From Eledone cirrhosa (Eukaryota): DNA of 64,000 bases. Within the stretch, counting starts at the first letter, position 1. Every line of letters begins with the position of its first letter. Positions 51,201 through 64,000 of the stretch are shown piece by piece. Made by a program: the position numbers and the translations under genes. Location of the stretch: positions 28,210,001 through 28,274,000 of the forward strand of contig OZ024744.1 of assembly GCA_964016885.1 (NCBI GenBank), given 5' to 3'. Under the pieces are notes generated by a model. That model made no database searches and was not told where the DNA came from. It saw only the letters and a program-made list of their open reading frames with translations.

Positions 51201-51938
51201 TGTCGCTGTTATAACTGTTATTGTCACTGTTGTTGTTGTTGTCGCTGTTATTGTCACTGTTGTTGTTTTGTTGTTGTTGTTGTCGCTGTTATCACTGTTA
51301 TTGTTCTCTTCTTGTTGTTGTTGTCGCTGTTATAACTGTTATTGCCATTGTTGTTTTTGTTGTTGTTGTCTCTGTTATCACTGTTATTGTCACTGTTGTT
51401 GTTGTCGCTGTTATAACTGTTATTGTTATTGGTGTTGTTGTCGCTGTTATGACTGTTATTTTCATAATTGTTGTTGTCGTTGTTATCACTGTTAATGTCA
51501 TTGTTGTTGTTGTTTTTGTCGCTGTTATTACTGTTATTGTCACTGTGGTTGTTGTTGTTCTCGCTGTTATGACAGTTATTGTCACTGTTGTTGTTGTCGC
51601 TGTTATAACTATTATTGTCACTGTTGTTGTTGTTGTCGATGTTATTGTCACTGTTATTGCCATTGTTGTTGTTGTTGTTGTCTCTATTATCACTGTTATT
51701 GTTACTGTTGTTGTTGTCGCTGTTATAACTGATATTGTTATTGGTGTTTTTGTTGTCGCTGTAATAACTGTTATTGTCATTATTGTTGTTGTCGCTGTTA
51801 TCACTGTTATTGTCACTGTTGTTGTTTTGTTGTTGTTGTTGTCGTCGTTGTCATCACTGTTATTGTCACTTTTGTTGTTGTTGTTGTCGTTGTAATCATG
51901 CTTATTGTCACTGTTGTTGTTGTCGTTGTTGTCGTTGT
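33237..51938. repeat. ~18.7 kb tandem duplication, copy 2
   Basis: Matches 14435-33250 except for a replaced block at 40676-41797, a few SNPs and monomer-sized indels. Match to copy 1 ends at 51939. Confidence 0.93.
40676..41797. other. Mosaic replacement block in copy 2 built from three other parts of the array
   Basis: 40676-40968 matches 33051-33343; ~40961-41425 matches 32851-33315; ~41370-41790 matches ~26885-27305 (or its twin ~45535-45955). It stands in place of 21874-23148 of copy 1. Confidence 0.85.
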
Positions 51939-53719
51939 CATCACTGTTATTGTCGCTGTTGTTGTTGTTGTCGCTGTTATTTTCACTGTTGATGTTTTGT
52001 TGTTGTTGTTGTCGTCGTTGTCATCACTGTTATTGTCGCTGTTGTTGTCGTTGTTGTCGTTGTTATCATGGTTATTGTCACTGTTGTTGTTGTTGTTATC
52101 ACTGTTATAGTCACTGTTGTTGTTGTCGCTGTTATCACTGTTATTGTCACTGTTGTTGTTGTTCTCGCTGTTATCACTGTTATTGTCACTGTTGTTGTGT
52201 TGTTGCGGCTGTTATAACTGTTATTGTCAAAGTTGTTGTTGTCGCTGTTATAACTGTTATTGTCACTGTTGTTATTGTTGTCATTGTTATCACTGTTATT
52301 GTCACTATTGTTGTTGTCGCTGTTATCACAGTTATTGTCACTGTTGTTGTTGTTCTCGCTGTTATCACTGTTATTGTCACTGTTGTTGTGTTGTTGTCGC
52401 TGTTATAACTGTTATTGTCAAAGTTGTTGTTGTCGCTGTTATAACTGTTATTGTCACTGTTATTGTTGTTGTCGCTGTTACCACTGTTATTGTCCTTGTT
52501 GTTGTTGTTCTCGCTGTTATCACTGTTATTGTCATTGTTGTTGTTGTCGCTGTTATCACTTATATTGTCATTGTTGTTGTTGTTGTCGCTGTTATAACTG
52601 TTATTGTCACTGATTTTGTTGTTGTCGCTGTTATAACTGTTATTGTCAAAGTTGTTGTTGTTGTCTCTGTTATCACTGTTATTGTCACTGTTGTTGTTAT
52701 TGTCGCTGTTATCACTGTTATTGTCACTGGTGTTGTTGTTGTCGCTGTTATTGTCACTCTTATTGTTTTGTTGTTGTTGTCGTTGTTATCATGCTTATTG
52801 TCACTGTTGTTGTTGTTGTGGTTGTTGTTGTTGTTATCATTGTTATTGTCACTGTTGTCTTTGTTGTTGTCGTTGTCATGACTGTTATTGTCGCTGTTGT
52901 TGTTGTTGTTGTTCACGCTGTTATTGTCACTGTTGTTGTTTTGTTGTTGTTGTCGTCGTTGTTATCACTGTTATCGTCGCTGTTGTTGTCGTTGTTGTCC
53001 TTGTTATCATGGTTATTGTCACTGTTGTTGTCGCTGTTATCACTGTTATTGTCACTGTTGTTGTTCTCGCTGTTATAACTGTTATTGTCACTGTTGTTGT
53101 TGTTGTTGTCATTGTTATCACTGTTATTGTCACTATTGTTGTTGTCACTGTTATTGTTCTTGTCGCTGTTACCACAGTTATTTTCATTGTTGTTGTTGTT
53201 GTTCTCTCTGTTATCACTGTTATTGTCACTGTTGTTGTGGTTCTCGCTGTTATAACTGTTATTGTGACTGTTGTTGTTGTTGTCGCTGTTATAACTGTTA
53301 TTGTCATTGTTATTGTCGCTGTTATCACTGTTATTGACACTGTTGTTGTTGTTGGTCTCGCTGTTATCACTGTTATTGTCACTGTTGCTGTTGTTGTCGC
53401 TGTAATAACTGTTATTGTCACTGTTGTTGTTGCTGTTGTCGCTGTCATAACTCTTATTGTCACTGTTGTTGTTGTTGTTGTTGTTGTCGTTGTTATCACT
53501 GTTATTGTCATTATTGTTGTTCTCGCTGTTATCACTGGTATTGACACTGTTGTTGTTGTTGTCGCTGTTATAACTGTTATTGTCTCTGTTGATGTTGTTG
53601 TTGTCGCTGTTATAACTGTTATTGTCACTGTTGCTGTTGTCGTTGTTATAAATCTTATTGTCACTGTTTTTGTTGTTGTTGTCGTTGTTATCACTGTTAT
53701 TGTCATTATTGTTGTTGGC

Positions 53720-53914
53720 GCTGTTATCACTGTTATTGTCATTGTTGTTGTTGTTTTCGCTGTTATCACTGTTATTGTCATTGTTGTTGTTGTTGTCGCT
53801 GTTATCACTGTTATTGTCATTGTTGTTGTTGTTGTCGCTGTTATCACTGTTATTGTCATTGTTGTTGTTGTTGTCGCTGTTATCACTGTTATTGTCATTG
53901 TTGTTGTTGTTGTC
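53720..53914. repeat. Five tandem 39-bp monomers, four of them identical (GCTGTTATCACTGTTATTGTCATTGTTGTTGTTGTTGTC)
   Basis: Units start at 53720, 53759, 53798, 53837 and 53876. Confidence 0.9.
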
Positions 53915-56900
53915 GCTGTTATCACAGTTATTGTCACTGTTGTTGTGTTGTTCTCGCTGTTATATCTGTTATTGTCACTGTTGTTGTTGTTGTTGCTGTC
54001 GCTGTTATCACTGTTATTGTCATTGTTGTTGTTGTTGTTGTACTCGCTGTTATCACTGTTATTGTCACTGTTGTTGTCGATGTTATCACTGTTATTTTCA
54101 TTGTTGTTTTTGTTGTCACTGTTATCACTGTTATTGTCATTGTTGTTGTTGTTGTCGCTGTTATCACTGTTATTGTCACTGTTGTTGTTGTTGTCCCTGT
54201 TATCACTGTTATTGTCACTGTTGTTGTTGTCACTGTTATTTCTAAATGTTATTTTCACTGTTGTTGTTGTCGCTGTTATAACTGTTATTGTCACTGTTGT
54301 TGTTGTCGCTGTTATAACTGTTAATGTCACTGTTTTTGTTGTTGTCGCTGTTATAACTGTTATTGTCACTGTTGTTGTTGTGTTGTCGTTGTTATCACTG
54401 TTATTGTCACTGTTGTTGTTGTTGTCTCTGTTATCACTGTTATTGTCATTGTTGTTATTGTTGTTGTCGCTGTTATAACTGTTATTGTCACTGTTGTCGT
54501 TGTCCCTGTTATAACTGTTATTGTCACTGTTGTTGTTGTCGCTGTTATCACTGTTATTGTCACTGTTGTTGTCGCTGTTATAACTGTTATTGTCATTGTT
54601 GTTGTTGTTGTTGTCGCTGTTATAACTGTTATTGTCATTGTTGTTGTCGCTGTTATCAATGTTATTATCACTGTTGTTGTTGTTATCGCTGTTATCACTG
54701 TTATTTTCACTGTTGTTGTTGTCACTGTTATAAATGTTATTGTCACTGTTGTTGTTGTTGTCGCTGTTATAACTGTTATTGTCACTGTCGTTTTTGTTGT
54801 CGCTCTTATCACTGTTATTGTCACTGTTGTTGTTGTTGTTGTCGCTGTTATAACTGTTATTGTCATTGTTGTTGTTGTCGCTGTTATAACTGTTATTGTC
54901 ACTGTTGTTGTTGTTGTTGTCGCTGTTATTGTCACTGTTGATGTTTTGTTGTTGTTGTTGTTGTCGCTGTTATCACTGTTATTGTTCTGTTGTTGTTGTC
55001 GCAGTTATAACTGTTATTGCCATTGTTGTTGTTGTTGTTGTCTCTGTTGTCACTGTTATTGTCACTGTTGTTGTTGTTGCTGTTATAACTGTTATTGTTA
55101 TTGGTGTTTTTGTCGCTGTTATGACTGTTATTGTCATTATTGTTGTTGTCGTTGTTATCACTGTTAATGTCATTGTTGTTGTTGTTGTTTTTGTCGCTGT
55201 TATTACTGTTATTGTCACCGTGGTTGTTGTTGTTCTCGCTGTTATGACAGTTATTGTCACTGTTGTTGTTGTTGTTGTCGATGTTATTGTCAATGTTGTT
55301 GTTTTGTTGTTGTTGTTGTCGTCGCTGTTATAACTGTTATTGCCATTGTTGTTGTTGTTGTTGTCTCTGTTATCACTGTTATTGTTACTGTTCTTGTTGT
55401 CGCTGTTATAACTGATATTGTTATTGGTGTTGTTGTCGCTGTAATTACTGTTATTGTCATTCTTGTTGTTGTCGCTGTTATCACTGTTATTTTCATTGTT
55501 GTTGTTGTTTTTGTCGCTGATATCACTGTTATTGTAACTGTTGTTGTTGTTGTCACTGTTATAAATGTTATTGTCACTGTTGTTTTTGTTGTCGCTGTTA
55601 TCACTGTTATTGTCACTGTTGTTGTTGTCGCTCTTATAACTGTTATTGTCACTGTTTATGTTGTCGCTGTTATAACTGTTATTGTCACTGTTGTTGTTGT
55701 CCCTGTTATAACTGTTATTGTCACTGTTGTTGTTGTCGTCGCTGTTATCACTGTCATTGTCACTGTTGTTGTCGCTGTTATCACTGTTATTGTCATTGTT
55801 GTTGTTGTCGCTGTTATAACTGTTACTGTCATTGTTGTTGTTGTTGTCGCTGTTATCACTGTTATTTTCATTGTTGTTGTTGTTGTCGCTGTTATCACTG
55901 TTATTGTCACTGTTTTGTTGTTGTTGTTGTCGCTGTTATCACTGTTATTGTCACTTTTGTTGTTGTTGTCACTGTTATAAATGTTATTGTCACTGTTGTT
56001 GTTGTTGTCGCTGTTATCACTGTTATTGTCACTGTTGTTGTTGTTGTCGCTGTCATAACTGTTCTTTTCACTGTTGTTGTTGTGGCTGTTATAACTGTTA
56101 TTGTCACTGTTGTTGTTGTTGCTGTTATCACTGTTATTGTCACAGTTGTTGTTGTCGCTGTTATCACTGTTATTGTCATTGTTGTTGTTGTCGCTGTTAT
56201 AACTGTTATTGTCATTGTTGTTGTTGTTGTCGCTGTTATCACTGTTATTGTCATTGTTGTTGTTGTCGCTATTATCACTGTTATAGCCACTGTTGTTGTT
56301 ATTGTCGCTGTTATCACTGTTATTGTCGCAGTTGTTGTCGCTGTTATCACTGATATTGTCATTGTTGTTGTTGTTGTTGTCGCTGTTATCACTGTTATTG
56401 TCATTGTTGTTGTTGTTGCTGTCGGTGTTATAACTGTTATTAGTTATTGTTGTTGTTGTTGTTCTCGCTGTTATAAATATTATTGTCATTGTTGTTGTTG
56501 TTGTTGTCGCTGTTATAACTGTTAATGTCACTGTTGTTGTTTTGTTGTTGTTGTCGCTTTTATAACTGTTATTACCATTGTTGTTGTTGTTGTTGTCTCT
56601 GTTATCACTGTTATTGCCACTGTTGTTGTTGTCGCTGTTATCACTGTTATTGTCACTGGTGTTGTTGTTGTTGCTGTTAGTGTCACTCTTGTTGTTTTGT
56701 TGTCGTTGTCGTCGTTGTCATCACTGTTATTGTCGCTGTTGTTGTTGTTGTCGTTGTTATCATGCTTGTCGTCACTGTTGTTGTTGTTATCACTGTTATT
56801 GTCACTGTTGTCTTTGTTGTTGTCGTTGTCATGATTGTTATTGTCGCTGTTGTTGTTGTTGTTGTCGCTGTTATTGTCACTGTTGTTGTTTTGTTGTTGT

Positions 56901-57349
56901 TGTCGTCGTTGTCATCACTGTTATCGTCGCTGTTGTCCTTGTTATCATGGTTATTGTCACTGTTGTTGTCGCTGTTATCACTGTTATTGTCACTGTTGTT
57001 GTCGCTGTTATAACTGTTATTGTCACTGTTGTTGTTGTTGTTGTCATTGTTATCACTGTTATTGTCACTATTGTTGTTGTCGCTGTTATCACTGTTATTG
57101 TCACTGTTGTTGTTGTTCTCGCTGTTATCACTGTTATTGTCACTGTTGTTGTGTTGTTGTCGCTGTTATAACTGTTATTGTCAAAGTTGTTGTTGTCGCT
57201 GTTATAACTGTTATTGTCACTGTTATTGTGTTGTCGCTGTTACCACTGTTATTGTCTTTGTTGTTGTTGTTCTCGCTGTTATCACTGTTATTGTCATTGT
57301 TGTTGTTGTCGCTGTTATCACTTATATTGTCATTGTTGTTGTTGTCGCT

Positions 57350-58149
57350 GTTATAACTGTTATTGTCACTGTTATTGTTCTTGTCGCTGTTACCACTGTT
57401 ATTGCCTTTGTTGTTGTTGTGGTGGCTGTTATCACTGTTATTGTCACTGTTGTTGTTGTTGTCGCTGTTATCACTGTTATTGCCACTGTTGTTGTTGTTG
57501 TCGCTGTTATCACTGTTATTGCCACTGTTGTTGTTGTTGTCGCTGTTACCACTGTTATTGCCACTGTTGTTGTTGTTGTCGCTGTTATCACTGTTATTGT
57601 CACTGTTGTTGTTGTCGCTGTTATCACTGTTATTGTCACTGTTGTTTTTGTTGTCGTCGCTGTTATCACTGTTATTGTCACTGTTGCTGTTGTTGTCGCT
57701 GTTATCACTGTTATTGACATTGTTGTTGTTATTATCGCTGTTATCACTGTTATTGTCATTGTTGTTGTTGTTGTTCTCGCTGTTATCACTGTTATTGTCA
57801 CTGTTGTTGTCGCTGTTATAACTGTTATTGTCACAGTTGCTGTTGTCGGTGTTATAACTGTTATTAGTTACTGTTGTTGTTGTTTTTGTTGTTCTTGCTG
57901 TTATAACTATTATTGTCATTGTTGTTGTTGTTGCTGTCGGTGTTATTACTGTTATTGCCATTGTTGTTGTTGTTGTTGTTGTCTCTGTTATCACTGTTAT
58001 TGTCACTGTTGTTGTTGTCGCTGTTATTGTCACTGTTGTTGTTGTTGTTGTTGTCGCTGTAATCACTGTTATTGTTCTGTTGTTGTTGTCGCTGTTATAA
58101 CTGTTAATGTCACTGTTGTTGTTGTTCTCGCTGTTATCACTGTTATTGT

Positions 58150-58182
<33 letters not shown>

Positions 58183-61100
58183 CGCTGTTATCATTGTTAT
58201 TGTCATTGTTGTTGTCGCTGTTATCACTGTTATTGTCACTGTTGTTGTCGCTGTTACAACTGTCATTGTTGTTGCTGTTATTGTCGCTGTTATCACAGTT
58301 ATTGTCATTGTTGTTGTTATTGTCGCTGTTATCACTGTTATTGTCACTGTTGTTGTCGCTGTTATCACTGTTATTGTCACTGTTGTTTTTGTTGTCACTG
58401 TTATAAATGTTATTGTCACTGTTGTTTTTGTTGTCGCTGTTATCACTGTTATTGTCACTGTTGTTGTCGCTGTTATAACTGTTATTGTCACTGTTTATGT
58501 TGTCGCTGTTATAACTGTTATTGTCACTGTTGTTGTTGTTGTCCCTGTTATAACTGTTATTGTCACTGTTGTTGTTGTTGTTGTCGCTGTTATCGCTGTT
58601 ATTGTCACTGTTGTTGTTGTTGTCGCTGTCATAACTGTTCTTTTCACTGTTGTTGTTGTTGTTATCGCTGTTATAACTGTCATTGTCACTGTTGTTGTGG
58701 CTGTTATAACTGTTATTGTCACTATTGTTGTTGTTGTCGCTGTTATCACTGTTATTGTCATTGTTGTTGTCGCTGTTATAACTGTTATTCTCATTGTTGT
58801 TTTTGTTGTCGCTGTTATAACTGTTATTGTCACTGTTGTTGTTGTTGCTGTCGGTGTTATAACTGTTATTAGTTACTGTTGTTGTTGTTGTTGTCGCTGT
58901 TATCACTGTTATTGTCATTGTTGATGTTGTTGTTGTCGCTGTTATCACTGTTATTGCTCTGTTGTTGTTGCCGCTGTTATAACAGTTATTACCATTGTTG
59001 TTGTTGTTGTTGTCGCTGTTACAACTGTTATTTTCACTGTTGTTGTCGCTGTTATCACTGTTATTGTCACTGTTGTTGTTGTCGCTGTTATAACTGTTAT
59101 TGTCACTGTTGTTGTTGTTGTCGCTGTTATAACTGTTAATATCACTGTGGTTGTTGTTGTTCTCGCTGTTATCACTGTTATTGTCATTGTTGTTGTTGTC
59201 GATGTTATCACTGTTATTGTCAGTGTTGTTGTTGTTGTTCTCGCTGTTATCACTGTTATTGACTCTGTTGATGTTGTTGTTGTCTCTGTTATCACTGTTA
59301 TTGTCACTGTTGTTGTCGCTGTTATCACTGTCATTGCCACTGTTGTTGTTGTTGTTGTCGCTGTTATAACTGTTAATATCACTGTGGTTGTTGTTGTTCT
59401 CGCTGTTATCACTGTTATTGTCATTGTTGTTGTTGTTGTCGCTGTTATCACTGTTATTGTCAGTGTTGTTGTTGTTGTTCTCGTGGTTATCACTGTTATT
59501 GTCACTGTTGTTGTTGTTCTCGCTGTTATCACTGTTATTGTCTCTGTTGATGTTGTTGTTGTCGCTGTTATCACTGTTATTGTCACTGTTCTTGTTGTCG
59601 CTGTTATCACTGTTATTGCCACTGTTGCTGTTGTTGTCGCTGTTATCACTGTTATTGTCACTGTTGTTGTCGCTGTTATCACTGTTATTGTCACTGTTGT
59701 TATTGTTGTTGTTGCTGTTATCATTGTTATTGTCACTGTTGTAGTTGTTGTCGCTGTTATAACTGTTATTGTCACTGTTGTTGTTGTTGCTGTCGCTGTT
59801 ATCACTGTTATTGTCATCGTTGCTGTTGTACTCGCTGTTATCACTGTTATTGTCACTGTTGTTATTGTTGTTGTTGCTGTTATCATTGTTATTGTCACTG
59901 TTGTAGTTGTTGTGGCTGTTATCACTGTTATTGTCACTGTTGTTGTCACTGTTATCACTGTTATTTTCATTGTTGTTGTTGTTGTTCTCTCTGTTATCAC
60001 TGTTATTGTCACTGTTATTGTCATTGTTGTTGTTGTTGTCGCTGTTATCACTGTTATTGTTGCTGTTGTCGCTGTCATAACTCTTATTGTCACTGTTGTT
60101 GTTGTCGTTGTTATCACTGTTATTGTCATTATTGTTGTTCTCGCTGTTATCACTGGTATTGACACTGTTGTTGTTGTTGTCGCTGTTATAACTGTTATTG
60201 TCTCTGTTGATGTTGTTGTTGTCGCTGTTATAACTGTTATTGTCACTATTGTTGTTGTCGCTGTTATAACTCTTATTGTCACTGTTGTTGTTGTTGTCGT
60301 CGTTGTTATCACTGTTATTGTCATTATTGTTGTTGTCGCTGTTAACACTGTTATTGTCATTGTTGTTGTTGTTGTCGCTGTTATAACTGTTATTGTCACC
60401 ATTGCTTTTGTTGTTGTCGCTCTTATCACTCTTATTGTCATTGTTGTTGTTGTTCTCGCTGCTATCCCTGTTATTGTCATTGTTGTTGTTGTTGTACTCG
60501 CTGTTATCACTGTTATTGTCATTGTTGTTGTTCTTGTTGCTGTTATCACTGTTATTGTCACTGTTTTTGTTGTTGTCGCTATTATCACTGTTATCGTCAC
60601 TGTTGTGTTTGTTGTTGTCGCTGTTATCATTGTTATTTTCATTGTTTTTGTTGTTGTTCTCGCATTTATCACTGTTATTGTCAGTGTTGTTGTTGTTGTT
60701 CTCGCTGTTATCACTGTCGTCGTCACTGTTGTTGTTGTTGTCGCTGTTATAACTGTTATTGTGACTGTTGTTGTTGTTGTTGTCGCTGTTATAACTGTTA
60801 TTGTCATTGTTGTTGTTGTCGCTGTTATCACTGTTATTGACACTGTTGTTGCTGTTGTTCTCGCTGTTATCACTGTTATTGTCACTGTTGTTGTTGTTGT
60901 TCTCGCTGTTACCACTGTTATTGACACTGTTGTTGTCGTTGTCGTTGTTATCACTGTTATTGTCGTTATTGTTATTGTCGCTGTTATCACTGTTATTGTC
61001 ATTGTTGTTGTTGTTGTCGCTGTTATCACTGTTATTGTCACTGTTGTTGTTGTTGTCGCTTCTATAACTGTTATTGTCACTATTGCTGTTGTTGTTTTCG

Positions 61101-63540
61101 CTGTTATCACTCTTATTGTCATTGTTGTTGTTGTTGCTGTTATCACTGTTATTGTCACTGTTGTTGTTGTCGCTGTTATCACTGTTATTGCCACTGTTGC
61201 TGTTGTTGTCGTTGTTATCACTGTTATTGTCATTGTTGTTTTTGTTGTCGCTGTTATCACTGTTATTGTCACTGTTGTTGTCGCTGTTATAACTGTTATT
61301 GTCACTGTTGTTGTTGTTGTCGGTGTTATAACTGTTATTAGTTAGTTGTTGTTGTTGTTCTTGCTGTTATAACTATTATTGTCATTGTTGTTGTTGTTGC
61401 TGTCGGAGTTATTACTGTTATTGCCATTGTTGTTGTTGTTGTTGTCGCTGTTATAACTGTTATTGTCACTGTTATTGTTCTTGTCGCTGTTACCACTGTT
61501 ATTGCCTTTGTTGTTGTTGTTGTCGCTGTTATAACTGTTATTGTCACTGTTATTGTTCTTGTCGCTGTTACCACTGTTATTGCCTTTGTTGTTGTTGTGG
61601 TCGCTGTTATCACTGTTATTGTCACTGTTGTTGTTGTTGTCGCTGTTATCACTGTTATTGCCACTGTTGTTGTTGTTGTCGCTGTTATCACTGTTATTGC
61701 CACTGTTGTTGTTGTTGTCGCTGTTACCACTGTTATTGCCACTGTTATTGTTGTTGTCGCTGTTATCACTGTTATTGTCACTGTTGTTGTTGTCGCTGTT
61801 ATCACTGTTATTGTCACTGTTGTTGTTGTTGTCGTCGCTGTTATCACTGTTATTGTCACTGTTGCTGTTGTTGTCGCTGTTATCACTGTTATTGACATTG
61901 TTGTTGTTGTTATCGCTGTTATCACTGTTATTGTCATTGTTGTTGTTGTTGTTCTCGCTGTTATCACTGTTATTTTCACTGTTGTTATCGCTGTTATAAC
62001 TGTTATTGTCACTGTTGCTGTTGTCGGTGTTATAACTGTTATTAGTTACTGTTGTTGTTGTTTTTGTTGTTCCTGCTGTTATAACTATTATTGTCATTGT
62101 TGTTGTTGTTGCTGTCGGTGTTATTACTGTTATTGCCATTGTTGTTGTTGTTGTTGTTTTCTCTGTTATCACTGTTATTGTCACTATTGTTGTTGTCGCT
62201 GTTATTGTCACTGTTGTTGTTGTTGTTGTTGTTGTCGCTGTTTTCATTGTTATTGTCATTGTTGTTGTCGCTGTTATCACTGTTATTGTCACTGTTGTTG
62301 TTGTTGTCCCTGTTATAACTGTTATTGTCACTGTTGTTGTTGTTGTTGTTGTCGTCGCTGTTATCGCTGTTATTGTCACTGTTGTTGTTGTTGTTGTCGC
62401 TGTCAAAACTGTTCTTTTCACTGTTGTTGTTGTCGCTGTTATAACTGTTATTGTCACTGTTGTTGTGGCTGTTATAACTGTTATTGTCACTATTGTTGTT
62501 GTCGCTGTTATCACTGTTATTGTCATTGTTGTTGTCGCTGTTATAACTGTTATTCTCATTGTTGTTTTTGTTGTCGCTGTTATAACTGTTATTGTCACTG
62601 TTGTTGTTGTTGCTGTCGGTGTTATAACTGTTATTAGTTACTGTTGTTGTTGTTGTCGCTGTTATCACTGTTATTGTCATTGTTGTTGTTGTTGTTGTTG
62701 TTGTTGTCGCTGTTATCACTGTTATTGCTCTGTTGTTGTTGCCGCTGTTATAACAGTTATTACCATTGTTGTTGTTGTTGTTGTTGTCTCTGTTATCACT
62801 GTTATTGTCACTGTTGTTGTTGTCGTTGTTATCACTGTTATTGCCACTGTTGTTGTTGTTGTTGTCGCTGTTACAACTGTTATTTTCACTGTTGTTGTCG
62901 CTGTTATCACTGTTATTGTCACTGTTGTTGTCGCTGTTATAACTGTTATTGTCACTGTTGTTGTTGTTGTCGCTGTTATAACTGTTAATATCACTGTGGT
63001 TGTTGTTGTTCTCGCTGTTATCACTGTTATTGTCATTGTTGTTGTTGTCGATGTTATCACTGTTATTGTCAGTGTTGTTGTTGTTGTTCTCGCTGTTATC
63101 ACTGTTATTGACTCTGTTGGTGTTGTTGTTGTCGCTGTTATCACTGTTATTGTCACTGTTGTTGTTGTCGCTGTTATCACTGTTATTGTCACTGTTCTTG
63201 TTGTCGCTGTTATCACTGTTATTGTCACTGTTGTTGTCGCTGTTATCACTGTTATTGTCACTGTTGTCATTGTTGTTGTTGCTGTTATCATTGTTATTGT
63301 CACTGTTGTAGTTGTTCTCGCTGTTATAACTGTTATTGTCACTGTTGTTGTTGTTGCTGTCGCTGTTATCACTGACTTTGTCATCGTTGCTGTTGTACTC
63401 GCTGTTATCACTGTTATTGTTGTTGTTGTTGTGGCTGTTATCACTGTTATTGTCACTGTTGTTGTCGCTGTTATCACTGTTATTTTCATTGTTGTTGTTG
63501 TTGTTCTCTCTGTTATCACTGTTATTGTCAATGTTATTGT
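57350..63540. repeat. ~3.8-4.2 kb offset duplication (~57350-60000 vs ~61530-63540) with internal deletions
   Basis: Paired ORFs 57363/61541, 58879/62644 and 59151/63000. Shared variants: ATTGCCTTTG, ATTGACATTG, GTTAATATCACTGTGG, ATTGACTCTG. Confidence 0.75.
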
Positions 63541-64000
63541 CACTGTTGTTGTTGTTCTCGCTGTTATAACTGTTATTGTCATTGTTGTTGTTGTTGTTGT
63601 CGCTGTTATAACTGTTATTGTCACTGTTGTTGTTGTTGTTCTCGCTGTTATCACTCTTATTGTCAATATTGTTGTTGTTGTCGCCGTTATAACTGTTATT
63701 GTCACTGTTGTTGTTGTCGCTGTTTTAACTGTTATTGTCATTGTTGTTGTAGTCGCAGTTATATATGTTATTGACACTGTTGTTGTTGTTCTCGCTGTTA
63801 TCACTGTTATTATCACTGTTGTTGTTGTTGTTGTCGCTGTTATCACTGTTATTGTTCTGTTGTTGGTGTCGCTTTTATAACTGTTATTACCATTGTTGTT
63901 GTTGTTGTTGTTGTCTCTGTTATCACTGTTATTGTCACTGTTGTTGTTGTTGTCGCTGTTATCACTGTTATTGTCACAGGTGTTGTTGTTGTTGCTGTTA

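Larger units (their letters stand above)
8691..64000 (-). repeat. Same satellite, right arm in opposite orientation (+ strand reads (TGT)n CGCTGTTAT(C/A)ACTGTTATTGTCAC)
   Basis: Reverse complement of the left-arm monomer, continuous for 55 kb to the window end with no unique insertion seen. Confidence 0.98.

Noticed and set aside
1-64000. CRISPR-like layout (constant ~24-bp repeat plus variable spacer)
   Set aside because: The 'spacers' are only 6-30 bp of (ACA)n with no unique content, and there is no leader or cas gene.
1-64000. Embedded transposon, tRNA/rRNA or other unique island
   Set aside because: On reading through, every stretch could be derived from the monomer. I saw no terminal repeats, target-site duplications or complex sequence, although a very short insert could have been missed by eye.
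1-64000. Synthetic or simulated low-complexity sequence
   Set aside because: Hierarchical duplications with shared derived variants, in-register junctions and graded divergence are what natural satellite evolution produces.

Overview
The whole 64 kb is one tandem satellite array with no unique sequence, and I found no supportable gene, RNA gene or transposon. The monomer is a fixed 24-bp core, GTGACAATAACAGT(G/T)ATAACAGCG, plus a variable (ACA)2-10 tail, about 30-54 bp in total and mostly 36-39 bp (roughly 1,700 copies by estimate). It looks like a degenerate (AAC)n microsatellite. All listed ORFs are by-products of the triplet structure, which leaves 5 of 6 frames open. The informative signal is architectural. 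(1) A single strand inversion at ~8690. (2) Nested higher-order repeats (HORs) at ~1.6 kb, ~2.4-2.5 kb and ~4-5 kb. (3) A very recent ~18.7 kb tandem duplication (14435-33250 / 33237-51938) with a resolvable crossover. (4) A 1.1 kb three-donor patchwork inside the second copy that copies the duplication junction twice. (5) An older homology at ~47 kb offset that shows the pre-inversion sequence. The host organism and any function (for example centromeric) cannot be determined from this sequence. All alignments were done by eye with help from the ORF track, so boundaries are approximate unless stated to the base.
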